From Macrostomum lignano (lineage: Eukaryota): a DNA stretch of 64,000 nucleotides. Positions 22,801 to 36,857 of the stretch are shown in pieces (position 1 is the first letter of the stretch; every line of letters begins with the position of its first letter). Made by a program: the position numbers and the translations under genes. Under the pieces are notes generated by a model. The model made no database searches. It was not told the DNA's origin and saw only the letters and a list, made by a program, of their open reading frames with translations. Location of the stretch: NCBI GenBank assembly GCA_002269645.1, contig NIVC01000514.1, positions 493,453 to 557,452 on the forward strand. The letters are read 5' to 3'.

Positions 22801-23565
22801 GGCAGCCTTGTAGGCCGCCCAATCAGTGTTGCGGATATTGCGTCTCCAAGTGATCGGAGACTGGGTTTTAGTGTCCGCGATATTAAAGGCGATAAAGCAG
22901 TGGTCAGACAGGGAGGGCTCCTCAGACCAGACTCTCCACTCCTTGACTCTGTCAAAGAGTCTTGGGGTAACGAGTGTGGCGTCGAGGACCTCGGTCCATC
23001 TGCCATTATTAAAGGTAGGAGTGCAGCCGCGGTTGCAGAGCATGAGGTTTGTGTTAGAGATGAGGGCCAGAAGCTCCTCTCCTCTAGTGTTGGTATCTTT
23101 GCTGCCCCAGTGCTTGTGGTGCGCGTTGAGGTCGCCCCCTAAGCACAGCTCAGCGTTCTGGGACTCGCAGTACTGCGCAAGGCGCAGTAAACTCTCGGGA
23201 GCAGGGTCTCTGTCGCCTGGGATATAAACCGAGGCAACAAGACACGTACGCGGAGAGAAATGATTAGATTGGATGACGCAAAGGTCTCCATCAGAGAGAT
23301 CAGTCCTCAGCCAAGCCTGGAGATGGCTAGCAGCGAGGATAGCCGCTCTAGGGCGGCTGTTCCCCGGGCCACACACATAAAAATCAGAGTAGCCAGAGGG
23401 AATGTTGGGCAACGTACCGTTGCGCATCCAGGGTTCCTGGATCAGGATGAGGCCTGGCCTGTACAGCTCAGCAATCTTCATCAGATTTACTGACGCAGAT
23501 ACGCAATGCTGTAAATTTATTTGCAGACAGAATGTCGCTCCTTTGGCAGCGTGGAGCTTAGTCAT
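19825..23565 (-). CDS. LINE ORF2: apurinic-like endonuclease, reverse transcriptase, RNase H and C-terminal CCHC finger (1246 aa, uninterrupted)
   Basis: EN motifs QINLQH, IQEPW, GGDLNAHH, SDH. RT motifs KSPGPDG, FRPISL, QHAFR, FLDIVGAFD, GPQGGVLTP, YADD, LGVTLD. RNase H motifs YTDGSK, QNEVLAI, HSDSQAAL, WVPGH, NELADTLAK. Zinc finger CSFC...ETAEHFVSIC. Confidence 0.97.
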   Translation of the reverse strand: MTKLHAAKGATFCLQINLQHCVSASVNLMKIAELYRPGLILIQEPWMRNGTLPNIPSGYSDFYVCGPGNSRPRAAILAASHLQAWLRTDLSDGDLCVIQSNHFSPRTCLVASVYIPGDRDPAPESLLRLAQYCESQNAELCLGGDLNAHHKHWGSKDTNTRGEELLALISNTNLMLCNRGCTPTFNNGRWTEVLDATLVTPRLFDRVKEWRVWSEEPSLSDHCFIAFNIADTKTQSPITWRRNIRNTDWAAYKAALDLHLQELTDLRPIETCEDVDHMAETLTGCIIAAYEAACPARAYRGKTSAPWWNPELGKLRRKAKSLHRRAMKTGNPEDMELFRQASRNFKSEVRKAKECKWRQFCNELDQDRPTSRLVKALTMDKMSKLAMIKKDDGSLTKDPEEVLQHMLSTFFPRVPTARPEPNHSMDGATLAAGIVTEDLIARAVRTFKPFKSPGPDGIYPVLLREAAKIPSFLRLTRNLMRASIQLGYVPKSWTEARVVFIPKPGKGDYQSVKAFRPISLTSAMLKLTERLILWRLLSCELTAMPLSNNQHAFRTGRSTDSALHAIVEKIERAVLGDGYALALFLDIVGAFDNVIFEAFQRALQNRKAHATLIRWIMYMISNRTVTAQLLGQTASTRVCKGGPQGGVLTPTLWNLVMDALLSDSRPDPVFKVGYADDVTAIVAGPSPSTLRDLMQSFIRKAESWANDNGLELSEPKTVAIMFTSRLRWNIRPLQLYGRDIAFAHQTRCLGVTLDHRLNWSFHVKAKAKRASAILAQLRRALGTSWGLSPKRLWWIYTSVVRPAITYASVVWVSATQVKSHADLLNTIQGRACRLICNATRSTPFAGMGAFLNLPPLDLFIRGEAARTTRRLIDAGVKFIYMRAPAKRNLVPHSDLCLNFLNECQANRVFTDGIASTLNLRQRYSVAIDSRDNINDHWNPGELHCYTDGSKQSANTGFGVGIFLNGRVIATHAQYTGVNSSVFQNEVLAISSCTAELLATGVTGKNIIFHSDSQAALHAISGCSTNSATVLDCIKLLNVLGSANKITLKWVPGHVGIRGNELADTLAKVGASGSSLGPEPLVPIPGCVIDSRIKAWIRTQHRSTWANRTNCRQSRGAVPQPSHQLRKLLLRLSRRDIRAATMTLSGHGCFSRHQYLQGNATNATCSFCNSGDETAEHFVSICPAFTRARLTYLGPHTSITEACKPENFNQLMRYLRATRRAELSFPESTIAAGDTGGPPWAAPTLRP

Positions 23566-23829
23566 ACTGTATTAAATGCAATATCTGGCTAGAGCCCAGG
23601 GCCATCAAGGAGACTTGGACAACAGATCGTCCTCGTCCCAGGCCGCTGGGGCTTGACTGGGAGATGGGAGTTGGTCGACGTCCATGGCCTCCTCACCCCC
23701 ACCGGCCCCCCAGCAGAGTCCTCAGGCTCCGATGACAGGATGGAGGAAGCTTCCTCACCTGCATCTTTACCTTCAGACCCCACCAAGGTGGCCGAGGAGA
23801 GCTCGGATTCCGAAGACCCGGCCTCGTCC

Positions 23830-25164
23830 TCAACTCCTTCTCCGACTGGCAGGTTTGGTTCCCGGGGCTCGGCCGGAGCCGTTACCGCGGTCCGAACTGC
23901 TGCTAGCAGAGGGGCGAGATGCAGCTTTGGCTTTGGGATCGGCTTGCGCCTTTCCTTGGGCCTTAGACTGCGCCCCGCTCTTGCCGGAGATGCCGGGGTT
24001 GGCAGTAGCCTTCCCTTTGGCAGACTTTCCTCGGCGCAACTTGAGCTTGAGGGCACCCAGCTGGAAAGAGGATCCATTAGGGTACCGACTCGCCCAAGTG
24101 CTGGAAAGGCCGAGGACAATTGAGTTGCCCGTCTCCCCCCTGCGGACTTTGCGGTGATACACCAGTCCACTAGCAGGGAGGTCGGGGTTCAGACGCAGTA
24201 GGACCCGGCGAATAACGTCTGGTCCAGCTGCGGTGCTCTTAGCAGGGACGAAAACCACATAGGGTATCGTCTTTGGACGCTGGCCCTCGCGAAGAAAAAG
24301 AGCTCCACCAAGGTCAGCATCCAAGGAGACCGTCGGTAGCCGCTGGAGCAGCCGCCGAGCGTCCTCCTCGCTGCTAGGAGCAATAAGAACGAATGTGCTT
24401 CGCAGCACCATCCGCTCAACGCCGATGGAGATTCCCTCCTCGACAGTCAGCTCAATCAGATAGGAGTCAACAGCACTCCACACTTTTTGAAGCTGATCAG
24501 TGGTCCAGTCCTGGTCGCGACCTTGGATGATCACTCCCGGGATTTTGGCCTTGGCCTTCGCCGCAAAGGTAGCTCCCGAAGGAACCTCCTTGTTGGCAGT
24601 GGCCATTTGTTGCGCCGTGGTTTCGGCCTCAGCAGCCGCGGCAGCAGCTCCAGGGAGCGCCGCCGCTGAACTACTGGAGCTTCCACCGGCCGGCCCGCCT
24701 GGTTGCCTTGGGACTCCAGTCGCTTCAGCATCCATGGTGGACGCCGCCGCTTTGGCCCCCGCAGCTCCCTTCTTGGCCTGCCTTTTGGCGCGTTGTTTAG
24801 CGCGTTTGCGCTCAAGCCGAGCCCGCTGAGCTTCATCAGATCTGCCAGATTTGGCCGGTCCTTTAGGCTCAGAGCTCGCGGTTCCCTTAGATCCACCAGC
24901 GGAGCTGGCAGGTCTTAGGGTATTTTGAGTTTGGTAGCTCTGGTCGGATCTGCCAGCAGAGCCAGCCGGTCCTTCCTTTGCCACAGTTGAATCAGTCGGT
25001 TGGGATCTGCCAGCAGGGCCGGCCGGTCCTTCGGACTGAGGTTGGGGTTTAGAAGGGTCCCCGTCCCTAGAAATAGCTTGTTTATCCATAGTCGGCTCGA
25101 AGGCCATGATAAAAGGTTGGTGGGCTACCCTCAAAGGGGCGCGGTACCCACCCGGCCGCTCCAC
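23830..25164 (-). CDS. LINE ORF1 (Gag-like nucleic-acid-binding protein; first ATG at about 25109)
   Basis: 444 aa open frame upstream of ORF2 on the same strand. Basic/low-complexity N- and C-termini surround a folded core (VVFVP...VLLRLNPDLPASG...) reminiscent of LOA-clade ORF1 (DUF4780-like; not verified). No CCHC knuckle seen. Confidence 0.8.
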   Translation of the reverse strand: MERPGGYRAPLRVAHQPFIMAFEPTMDKQAISRDGDPSKPQPQSEGPAGPAGRSQPTDSTVAKEGPAGSAGRSDQSYQTQNTLRPASSAGGSKGTASSEPKGPAKSGRSDEAQRARLERKRAKQRAKRQAKKGAAGAKAAASTMDAEATGVPRQPGGPAGGSSSSSAAALPGAAAAAAEAETTAQQMATANKEVPSGATFAAKAKAKIPGVIIQGRDQDWTTDQLQKVWSAVDSYLIELTVEEGISIGVERMVLRSTFVLIAPSSEEDARRLLQRLPTVSLDADLGGALFLREGQRPKTIPYVVFVPAKSTAAGPDVIRRVLLRLNPDLPASGLVYHRKVRRGETGNSIVLGLSSTWASRYPNGSSFQLGALKLKLRRGKSAKGKATANPGISGKSGAQSKAQGKAQADPKAKAASRPSASSSSDRGNGSGRAPGTKPASRRRS

Positions 25165-25867
25165 CTGACCGGGCAGTAGGCCAATAGCACCCTCAAGGCT
25201 GGCCCGACACCAGGAGGGGGACCGCTTGCGACCGGACTACTCCCCGGCCTTCCAGCCCATCGGCACGGTCAACACCTTAGGCATTAGAGAGTACGTTGAG
25301 CAGTACCACGGCCTGCAGGTTGGCGAGCCAGACCCGCATACCCAAATTCGGCCGAAGCCACTGGATAGGGTCGCCAGCGCCGGAGCCCAGTCTGTCCAGC
25401 AGCCCTAGGGACTGCCTTGAACACACGCGGGGACGAGTACCCTGGGTCGACTTGCGAGACAGCGTGGGGGGGGGGGTCTGCGGCTGCCAGAGGCAAATAG
25501 AGGGTGCAGACCTCCCACCAGCCTTGACCTGCTGAAGATAGGGGCAGGCGTGAAGCATCGCAGACCTTAGCCCATGGGCCTAGTCTGTCTCATACTTCAC
25601 TGGCATGCTGAATACGCCTTCGCGTGCGACGTTGCGCTCGGGTTCTGTAAGAATTTTTAAAAAAATTGAAGATATGCTGAAAAATAAATCCTCATTAATG
25701 GCTTTTTCAAACTCCTGCCATTTGCCTGCCCATCAATAATCGGGTTCTCCCAGCAGCCGATGCCCCTTCCTCTTCTGATGCCAGATGAACACCTCCTGCT
25801 TTGTTAGGGCACTGCACCTTCTTGTGAGGTCCTCGGCAGTTGAAGCAGCTGATCTTCGACTTTAGAC

Positions 25868-26030
25868 TGTTGTCTCCTGGTCACGGCACCAACGTGTGTC
25901 CTGGTCACGGCACCAACAGTGTGTCCTGGTCACGGCACCAACATTGTGTGCTGGTCACGGCACCAACGTGTGTCCTGGTCACGGCACCAACATTGTGTCC
26001 TGGTCACGGCACCAACGTGTGTCCTGGTCA
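25868..26030. repeat. Minisatellite, 22-25 bp unit (tgtgtcctggtcacggcaccaac)
   Basis: About 7 direct copies visible. Confidence 0.9.
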
Positions 26031-26408
26031 GCGTGCGTGATAACTGTTTTGTCCAGGGTAGAAAATTAATTATTTCATCTCACTTGTTCGCTAGACCATA
26101 TGAAAATGAGGCACTGAAGCACGTCTGGGAGCACAGATTCTATACATGGACTACCTAACAACACAGGATGTTACACTTGCAAATACTGGCAGAATTCTAA
26201 AAGGCCGCTTTGAATGTGTGTCTATGGTTTTAGTGGCCTTTTTTCTTCTGAAGCAATCTGGATAATACATGAATAGAAATTAAAGTCTAGTGAATACAGC
26301 CTTTTATGTACGTGTTCATAATAATTATTTTTATTTTCACCAAAAGATGAACAAGGTGTGAAAGTTTAACAAGGAACGAAGAAATACCCAGAAATTACGG
26401 GATTCCTA

Positions 26409-27493
26409 TGTGATGACTCGCTTGAAGCAATTACATGCGGTGAGGCCAGGAACGAGCCCAGAATTCAGATTTATTTCAATAAAGCCAAAAAGTTGTCTCA
26501 ACTTTTCAAGTGTTTCAATAAAACCAATAGCATAGCCGATCTATGTCATGCCCCCCTCCGGAGAAAGCCTTCTTAGATTATACATGTAACAACGATTATA
26601 AACTGGGGAAAGCGTCTGGGAGCCTGAACACGTGGCTCTAATCTGAGCTTAGAGTAGTCTGTGATACAACATAGTGAGTTATTAAACTGGTTCGTTGGGA
26701 CGTGTCCGATTCTATGGCATGTAGCGGTCGGGTTCCCAATATCCGAGATTGGCAGTTCCTTCGTTTGCCTTTGTCCTTCTCCGCCAGACACGCCAGTCGA
26801 GGTCTGAATTGCACCCAGCACGCGCCTCTGAACTTCTGGATCGCTGATTCCCGCGATGAGCGCCAATCTCACCATCTCGTCCTCCGGGCTTGTGTAAGTC
26901 TTCAGGTTGTCAAAGGCGCATCGAGAGGCTGCCTTGCGCAGGAGGGATAGAAAATCCGTGATGAACTCACCAGCTGCCTGGCGAAGGCCAAAAACATCGT
27001 GCGCTCAGCTATTATAAAAGACTTCTTGGGCTTTAAATAGTTGATGATCGCAGTTTCAATCTCTTGGAATAGCAGCGTCTCGATTTCCTTCGGCGCAACA
27101 ATATGAGTTAGCTTCTCAAGTGTGTCCAGTCCACACAAGGCCAGAAAGTTGTCGGCAATCGTTTTAGACGATTCTGAATCTTCCCACTTCTTCGAGCGAG
27201 CAAGAGCTTTGAAAGCTTTCAGCCAGGTTAAGGCGCGGTCTGCCTCCGCGAGGTTTAAGGTGTCGAGCCGCGACGCCATTGTGATGACTCGCTTGAAGCA
27301 ATTACATGCGGTGAGGCCAGGAACGAGCCCAGAATTCAGATTTATTTCAATAAAGCCAAAAAGTTGTCTCACACTCCTGTCTACTAACTTGGGTACTTTC
27401 AATCGCTGCAATACTTTAGCACATAGACAGAATTACGAAAACATACGATTGTAGCAACGCAAACAGAAACAATAGCATAGCCGATCTATGTCT
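26409..27493 (-). mobile_element. Internally deleted Ty3/gypsy (Mag-like) LTR element, ~1.1 kb, non-autonomous
   Basis: LTR-like direct repeats 26409-26548 (TG...CA) and 27280-27493 share both ends (tgtgatgactcgc...gttgtctca and caatagcatagccgatctatgtc) but differ in the middle. PBS-like TGGCGTCGCGG follows the 5' LTR, overlapping the gag ATG at 27279. PPT GGAGGGGGG lies next to the 3' LTR (~26551-26559). No pol sequence. Confidence 0.85.
26800..27279 (-). pseudogene. Truncated, frameshifted gypsy gag N-terminus
   Basis: MASRLD...FLALCGLDTLEKLTHIVAPKE...NYLKPKKSFIIAERTMF, then in another frame MVRLALIAGISDPEVQRRVL. Both match the typical Mag-clade gag signatures (..AP....IAER.KF and L..G..D..IQ.RLL). 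Confidence 0.8.
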
Positions 27494-29672
27494 AATTTTT
27501 TTTCACCAAAAGATGAACAAGGTGTTAAAGTTTAACAAGGAACGAAGAAATACCCAGAAATTACGGGATTCCTATGCGTTTCTAAAGTGTGGAAGCAACG
27601 AGGAAGTAGCAAGGATAGCAACAACAAGAATAATAATGTCATGAATGTGTTATTGTGACTTGAGTGCACTATTCTCGCTCTCGCTATTCTTTTTTTTACA
27701 TTTTTTAATGGTCGGCTGTTCCTAATCTTTAAGAAGTCCGTTCCAGGAATCGTTCCTTGGATTATTGTACGAAATGAAATTAAACAATTTTACAATTTCA
27801 GTCTTAGCGCTCGTAGCGAAGACAACTACGCACTCAAAACTGAATATCTATTCTTGTGTCTTTCCGTCAATTGCTTTCATTTGCCATGGAAATTTACTAT
27901 TAATTCTTCTCTCTCATGCATGTCTCTCTACCTTCTCGCTGCCACTCTTAGGTCACAAAAAGCCCCACTGCATTCTCCGAACCCCGTTAAACTGCAGTCT
28001 ATAAAGGGTTTCTATTTTTATGGAAGAGACTCAAAGGTTGCAGTTGCAACACTCCTACTCCAAACTGTGCATACGCTTAACAATAGGAGCCAAGGAGCCC
28101 CAGCACCACAGGCGGTCTTAAGGCAAAGCATACTGACCCTGCATGCGCTCAGCTCAGAGTCGAATTTTTTAAAGACTCTTTCAAACGTGTTTTCAGGAGC
28201 AGCCGGCTTTTCTGTATCGTCTCTCTGATACTTGAGTATTTGTTAAACGGTTTCTTTGAAAAGCCTTTTTTGACGCAGCACTTTCCTGCCAGTTCACTTC
28301 ATCAGAGTCCCGATCAGATCCCTTGCCAATCTCATTTTTGCTCTTGATCAACATCTGAAGATTTTATGTGTTTGAGAATAAACGGATTGTTAAGCATCTT
28401 ATTACGCTCGTATTAATGGGTAATGCAATTTTACCCACATTGAGGTCCTGAAAGCCTTTTATTACTAATAAACCGAATAAAACTGATAAAACTGTTCGCT
28501 TACAAACTGGATGAAGTTTTTAATACACTCGTACACCTTTCCGTTCATAATTTCAACAAAACTCTCATTCTATTTCGGCAATTAGATATTCTACTAGTAT
28601 GGCCGCGTTTTGTTAGCTACAAGGAAGGCCTTTCATTACACCGATTCAAAAACCAAAATCGGTTCGGAACTTTTCATTTCGACGGTTCCGTTTCTAGAAT
28701 CAGTTCCAGAACCGTGACCAAAATCAATACAGAGATGTCCACTTAGCTTCGGACTTCACCAGTTCCGTATGAGTCTAAAATAGTCACAATTTGTCGCAAA
28801 TACTCGTAGATTCGCCGAATAATCTAGCACCAGAAGTCGATTATGCAAGCGTCGCAGAAAAAAAAGAGTTCCTTAGAGAGAGTTCTTAGATCACTCCAGA
28901 ATCTGATTAATTTGCTTGTAATTTCACTTGTATTTATATACTGCTAAGAACACGGTCTGATCGATTGGAAAGTTTTTACCACTTTCTCATTTTTTGCGAA
29001 CAATAGACCTAAGATTGTATGAGAAATCCAATACAATAAATGTCCCACTCACTTAGACACGCTTGAATTAGATGTCATGCAGTTTAAATCACCCACAAAC
29101 TAAAATAGGTAACGGTGTTTTGAATTAATATTTTTGAGGCACACAAGAGCGTAGCCAAACATAACCCAAAATCTATCCAATTATCCCTCACCAGTTGAGA
29201 GCCAAACTTAAACTCGACGTGTAACTTGTCACCTCCGGGCTGAATACTTGCATAGAGACTTGGCCGGATTGGCGTCTGCTGAGTCGAGTTGGCAAGGTCT
29301 GTTGTCTCTATCTGTGAGACTGAAGCAACTTCGAAGTTAGTGCCCAGTAGTTTGGCTTCTCGCACACAATTGTCCAGCTGGGTTGCCTCATACTCTTGCA
29401 GCTTCTGTACTCGAGCATGAGTACAATCAACTTCTCACGGAAGTTGAGCTAACTTGTCGCCAAACACACTGACCCGAAAAGCACTAGCAATACTCTGGAG
29501 AACCCAGAGCGCTAAATGGGGGTTCGCCAAAAACAAATTCCGCCGAAAATCTAAGAAATTGTCTGTGGCCAAAAATCCTTATTGTACCATGACCTTTGTG
29601 CCCGCTGGGCACTTATCCTTGCCTTTTAATGACATAGACTACATTTAAGCCCGCTTGCAGGAAAGAAATATC

Positions 29673-29897
29673 GAAATTAGCGGGCAGTTAATGACATTCA
29701 ACGCCCGATTGTCTATGTCAAACTTACTTTAATGCAAATTAGCGGGCAGTTAATGACATTCAACGCCCGATTGTCTATGTCAAACTTACTTTAATGCAAA
29801 TTAGCGGGCAGTTAATGACATTCAACGCCCGATTGTCTATGTCAAACTTACTTTAATGCAAATTAGCGGGCAGTTAATGACATTTAACGCCCGATTA
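29673..29897. repeat. Tandem repeat, 62 bp unit, about 3.6 copies
   Basis: aaattagcgggcagttaatgacattcaacgcccgattgtctatgtcaaacttactttaatgc is repeated directly. Confidence 0.9.
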
Positions 29898-30986
29898 TTC
29901 TGTCCCACTTTGTCAAGGACACAAATGTCTATGGCACAATAATAGTAATACCCATGCTTTAAGGGCGTTAATGGGAAAATCAGAGGGCGCCGATGCTTAT
30001 ATTTGTTTGGTATTTTTGCATCAATTAAAGCGTACATTACCAAGAAAATTGATTGCAGGCCCAGTACGTCAAGCCAAATTTCATTGGTTCAGAGCTTTGT
30101 CTATGGCCAAAGCTGACAGATCTGACATGTCATTGCGCTCGTAAAAATACTAGAATAAAAAGAATTGCATTGAATAATGGCCCTACTACTGTTTTATTCA
30201 CCTTTCGATATCGAAATTAAAATCGTATATCTAGTGAATGAATTCTCCTTTCCTCCCCTTTCCAGGACGGTGAGGCTAAAAAATGAAACCAATCTCTTAC
30301 GAAACTTGCAACGCCAATCTTCCTTTGCTGCTTATTTTTTAACTTTTCATGCAATTCGCTTTAACGCTTTAAATATAAAAGTACTTTAAAAACTGTGCTA
30401 AATTATATCGTAGCTTCTACTGATATATGTACTGTACACGCACATACACCACATGTATTAAGTTCAAAAGCATTCAACTCAAATTTATTTAAACTGAATC
30501 AGGACCAGCTCACTAAGCAAGATACCTGTCTGCGTGCGTATCCGTATGCTCAGGGGCAGCGGGATGGGCCTGACTGTTTGTCTTCTTCAATCTGATTTGC
30601 GACACAACCAAAAATGCCCCCGCCGCAACAAACCGAGTGAGCTGCCAGATTCCCCAGCTGCAGGCAGGAAGAAAATCGAACTCGAACTCCCACTAAATTT
30701 CAAATTAGAAGCATACATTCGGTAGTAGAATTTATTGATTTTTCTACAGACTGACTGGTCTGCAAAGACTGAGCAGACTCGATTTGCAGTTTAGAGTGCC
30801 TGATGTACTTTATATTCAAAATTCTGACTGGGTGTTTCAGAGCAGCAAAGTTCAGAAAAAAATTATCCACAACATCGGCGCTTCTTCTGAAAAGGGGGCA
30901 AAAGCGCCGGAATGAGTGGCGGAAGGCACGCGGTGACAGACAGAAACACGTCTAGAAGAAACATGAACTGGCTACTCATAGTAAGC

Positions 30987-31589
30987 AGGATCAGGGATCA
31001 GGATCAGGGATCAGGATCAGGGATCAGGATCAGGGATCAGGATCAGGGATCAGGATCAGGGATCAGGGATCAGGATCAGGGATCAGGATCAGGGATCAGG
31101 ATCAGGGATCAGGATCAGGGATCAGGATCAGGGATCAGGATCAGGGATCAGGATCAGGGATCAGGATCAGGGATCAGGATCAGGGATCAGGATCAGGGAT
31201 CAGGATCAGGGATCAGGATCAGGGATCAGGATCAGGGATCAGGATCAGGGATCAGGATCAGGGATCAGGATCAGGGATCAGGATCAGGGATCAGGATCAG
31301 GGATCAGGATCAGGGATCAGGATCAGGGATCAGGATCAGGGATCAGGATCAGGGATCAGGATCAGGGATCAGGATCAGGGATCAGGATCAGGGATCAGGA
31401 TCAGGGATCAGGATCAGGGATCAGGATCAGGGATCAGGATCAGGGATCAGGATCAGGGATCAGGATCAGGGATCAGGATCAGGGATCAGGATCAGGGATC
31501 AGGATCAGGGATCAGGATCAGGGATCAGGATCAGGGATCAGGATCAGGGATCAGGATCAGGGATCAGGATCAGGGATCAGGATCAGGGA
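30987..31589. repeat. Minisatellite, 13 bp unit GGATCAGGATCAG, near-perfect
   Basis: Continuous array; it generates the spurious 30912-31592 ORF. Confidence 0.97.
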
Positions 31590-32013
31590 TGAGTTTAGCA
31601 GTCCAAAGTGATGAATAAAATATAAAATCACGAATCAGCTCTAAGGCACTGGCAAAGTACAGCGTGACTAAAAGATCAGCAAATGATTGATAAGATCGAT
31701 TGATAATCTGCGGTCCACACCCGGACCTGAGCCGTCATTCGCAGTCGAACGGGACTGCTGCGTCATCGTTACCTTGGTTACAAAGGCAATTAAAAGAGCG
31801 CGAGAAAAGAACACAGTGACAGGAACACAGCTGGCATGATGCGCATCTCGAGAAACGATGCATCTCTGAAAAATCTCAGGTAAAAAAGCAAGGAATGTAC
31901 AAAAATAAAAACGATCAATCAGGACGGAATGTTTCTCTGCAGCCGACTAACAAAGGATACGGTAGAAATTCGCTGACTTGGTTCGCTTGGTCTGCGGCAG
32001 AGGCACTGAAGCA

Positions 32014-32830
32014 CTGGATGGTCCACTGGATGTCCCACTGGATGTCCCACTGGATGTCCCACTGGATGTCCCACTGGATGTCCCACTGGATGTCCCACTG
32101 GATGTCCCACTGGATGTCCCACTAAATGGTCCACTGGATGTCCCACTGGATGTCCCACTGGATGTCCCACTGGATGTCCCACTGGATGTCCCACTAAATG
32201 GTCCACTGGATGTCCCACCGGATGTCCCACTGGATGTCCCACTGGATGGTCCACTGGATGTCCCACTGGATGTCCCACTGGATGGTCCACTGGATGTCCC
32301 ACTGGATGTCCCACTGGATGTCCCACTGGATGGTCCACTGGATGTCCCACTGGATGTCCCACTGGATGGTCCACTGGATGTCCCACTGGATGTCCCACTG
32401 GATGTCCCACTGGATGGTCCACTGGATGTCCCACTGGATGTCCCACTGGATGGTCCACTGGATGTCCCACTGGATGTCCCACTAAATGGTCCACTGGATG
32501 TCCCACCGGATGTCCCACTGGATGTCCCACTAAATGGTCCACTGGATGTCCCACTGGATGTCCCACTGGATGGTCCACTGGATGTCCCACTGGATGTCCC
32601 ACTGGATGTCCCACTGGATGGTCCACTGGATGTCCCACTGGATGGTCCACTGGATGTCCCACTGGATGTCCCACTGGATGTCCCACTGGATGGTCCACTG
32701 GATGTCCCACTGGATGTCCCACTGGATGGTCCACTGGATGGTCCACTGGATGTCCCACTGGATGGTCCACTGGATGGTCCACTGGATGTCCCACTGGATG
32801 TCCCACTGGATGTCCCACTGGATGTCCTAC
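32014..32830. repeat. Minisatellite, 12 bp unit with variants GGATGTCCCACT / GGATGGTCCACT
   Basis: Two interspersed variants plus occasional AAATGG and CCACCG variants. Confidence 0.97.
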
Positions 32831-32972
32831 TGGAAAGTAGGCTGTGAAATTTGGTCTTCGCAGTGCATGGATACTGAGCGGCCTCTCCAGTGCTTCAATA
32901 CCGGTGCTTCATAAGGAAATCGATTTTTCGATGAGTTTTGTCGAGACGAACCACAGAGCTCGCCTCCAGGTT

Positions 32973-36857
<3,885 letters not shown>

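Larger units (their letters stand above)
19737..25627 (-). mobile_element. Full-length (5.9 kb) non-LTR retrotransposon, LOA-like clade (APE-RT-RNase H)
   Basis: Perfect 12 bp target-site duplication GACGTTGCGCTC at 19725-19736 and 25628-25639. Contains two ORFs, a ~460-520 nt 5'UTR, an 88 nt 3'UTR and a short ...AAGTCAA tail. Confidence 0.93.

Noticed and set aside
20072-25560. Numerous plus-strand ORFs over the LINE
   Set aside because: Antisense shadows of GC-rich ORF1, ORF2 and the UTR.
28130-29420. Possible minus-strand exon fragments (for example VQKLQEYEATQLDNCVREAKLLG...FKFGSQL|gtgagg)
   Set aside because: No recognisable domain, stops nearby and no consistent exon chain.
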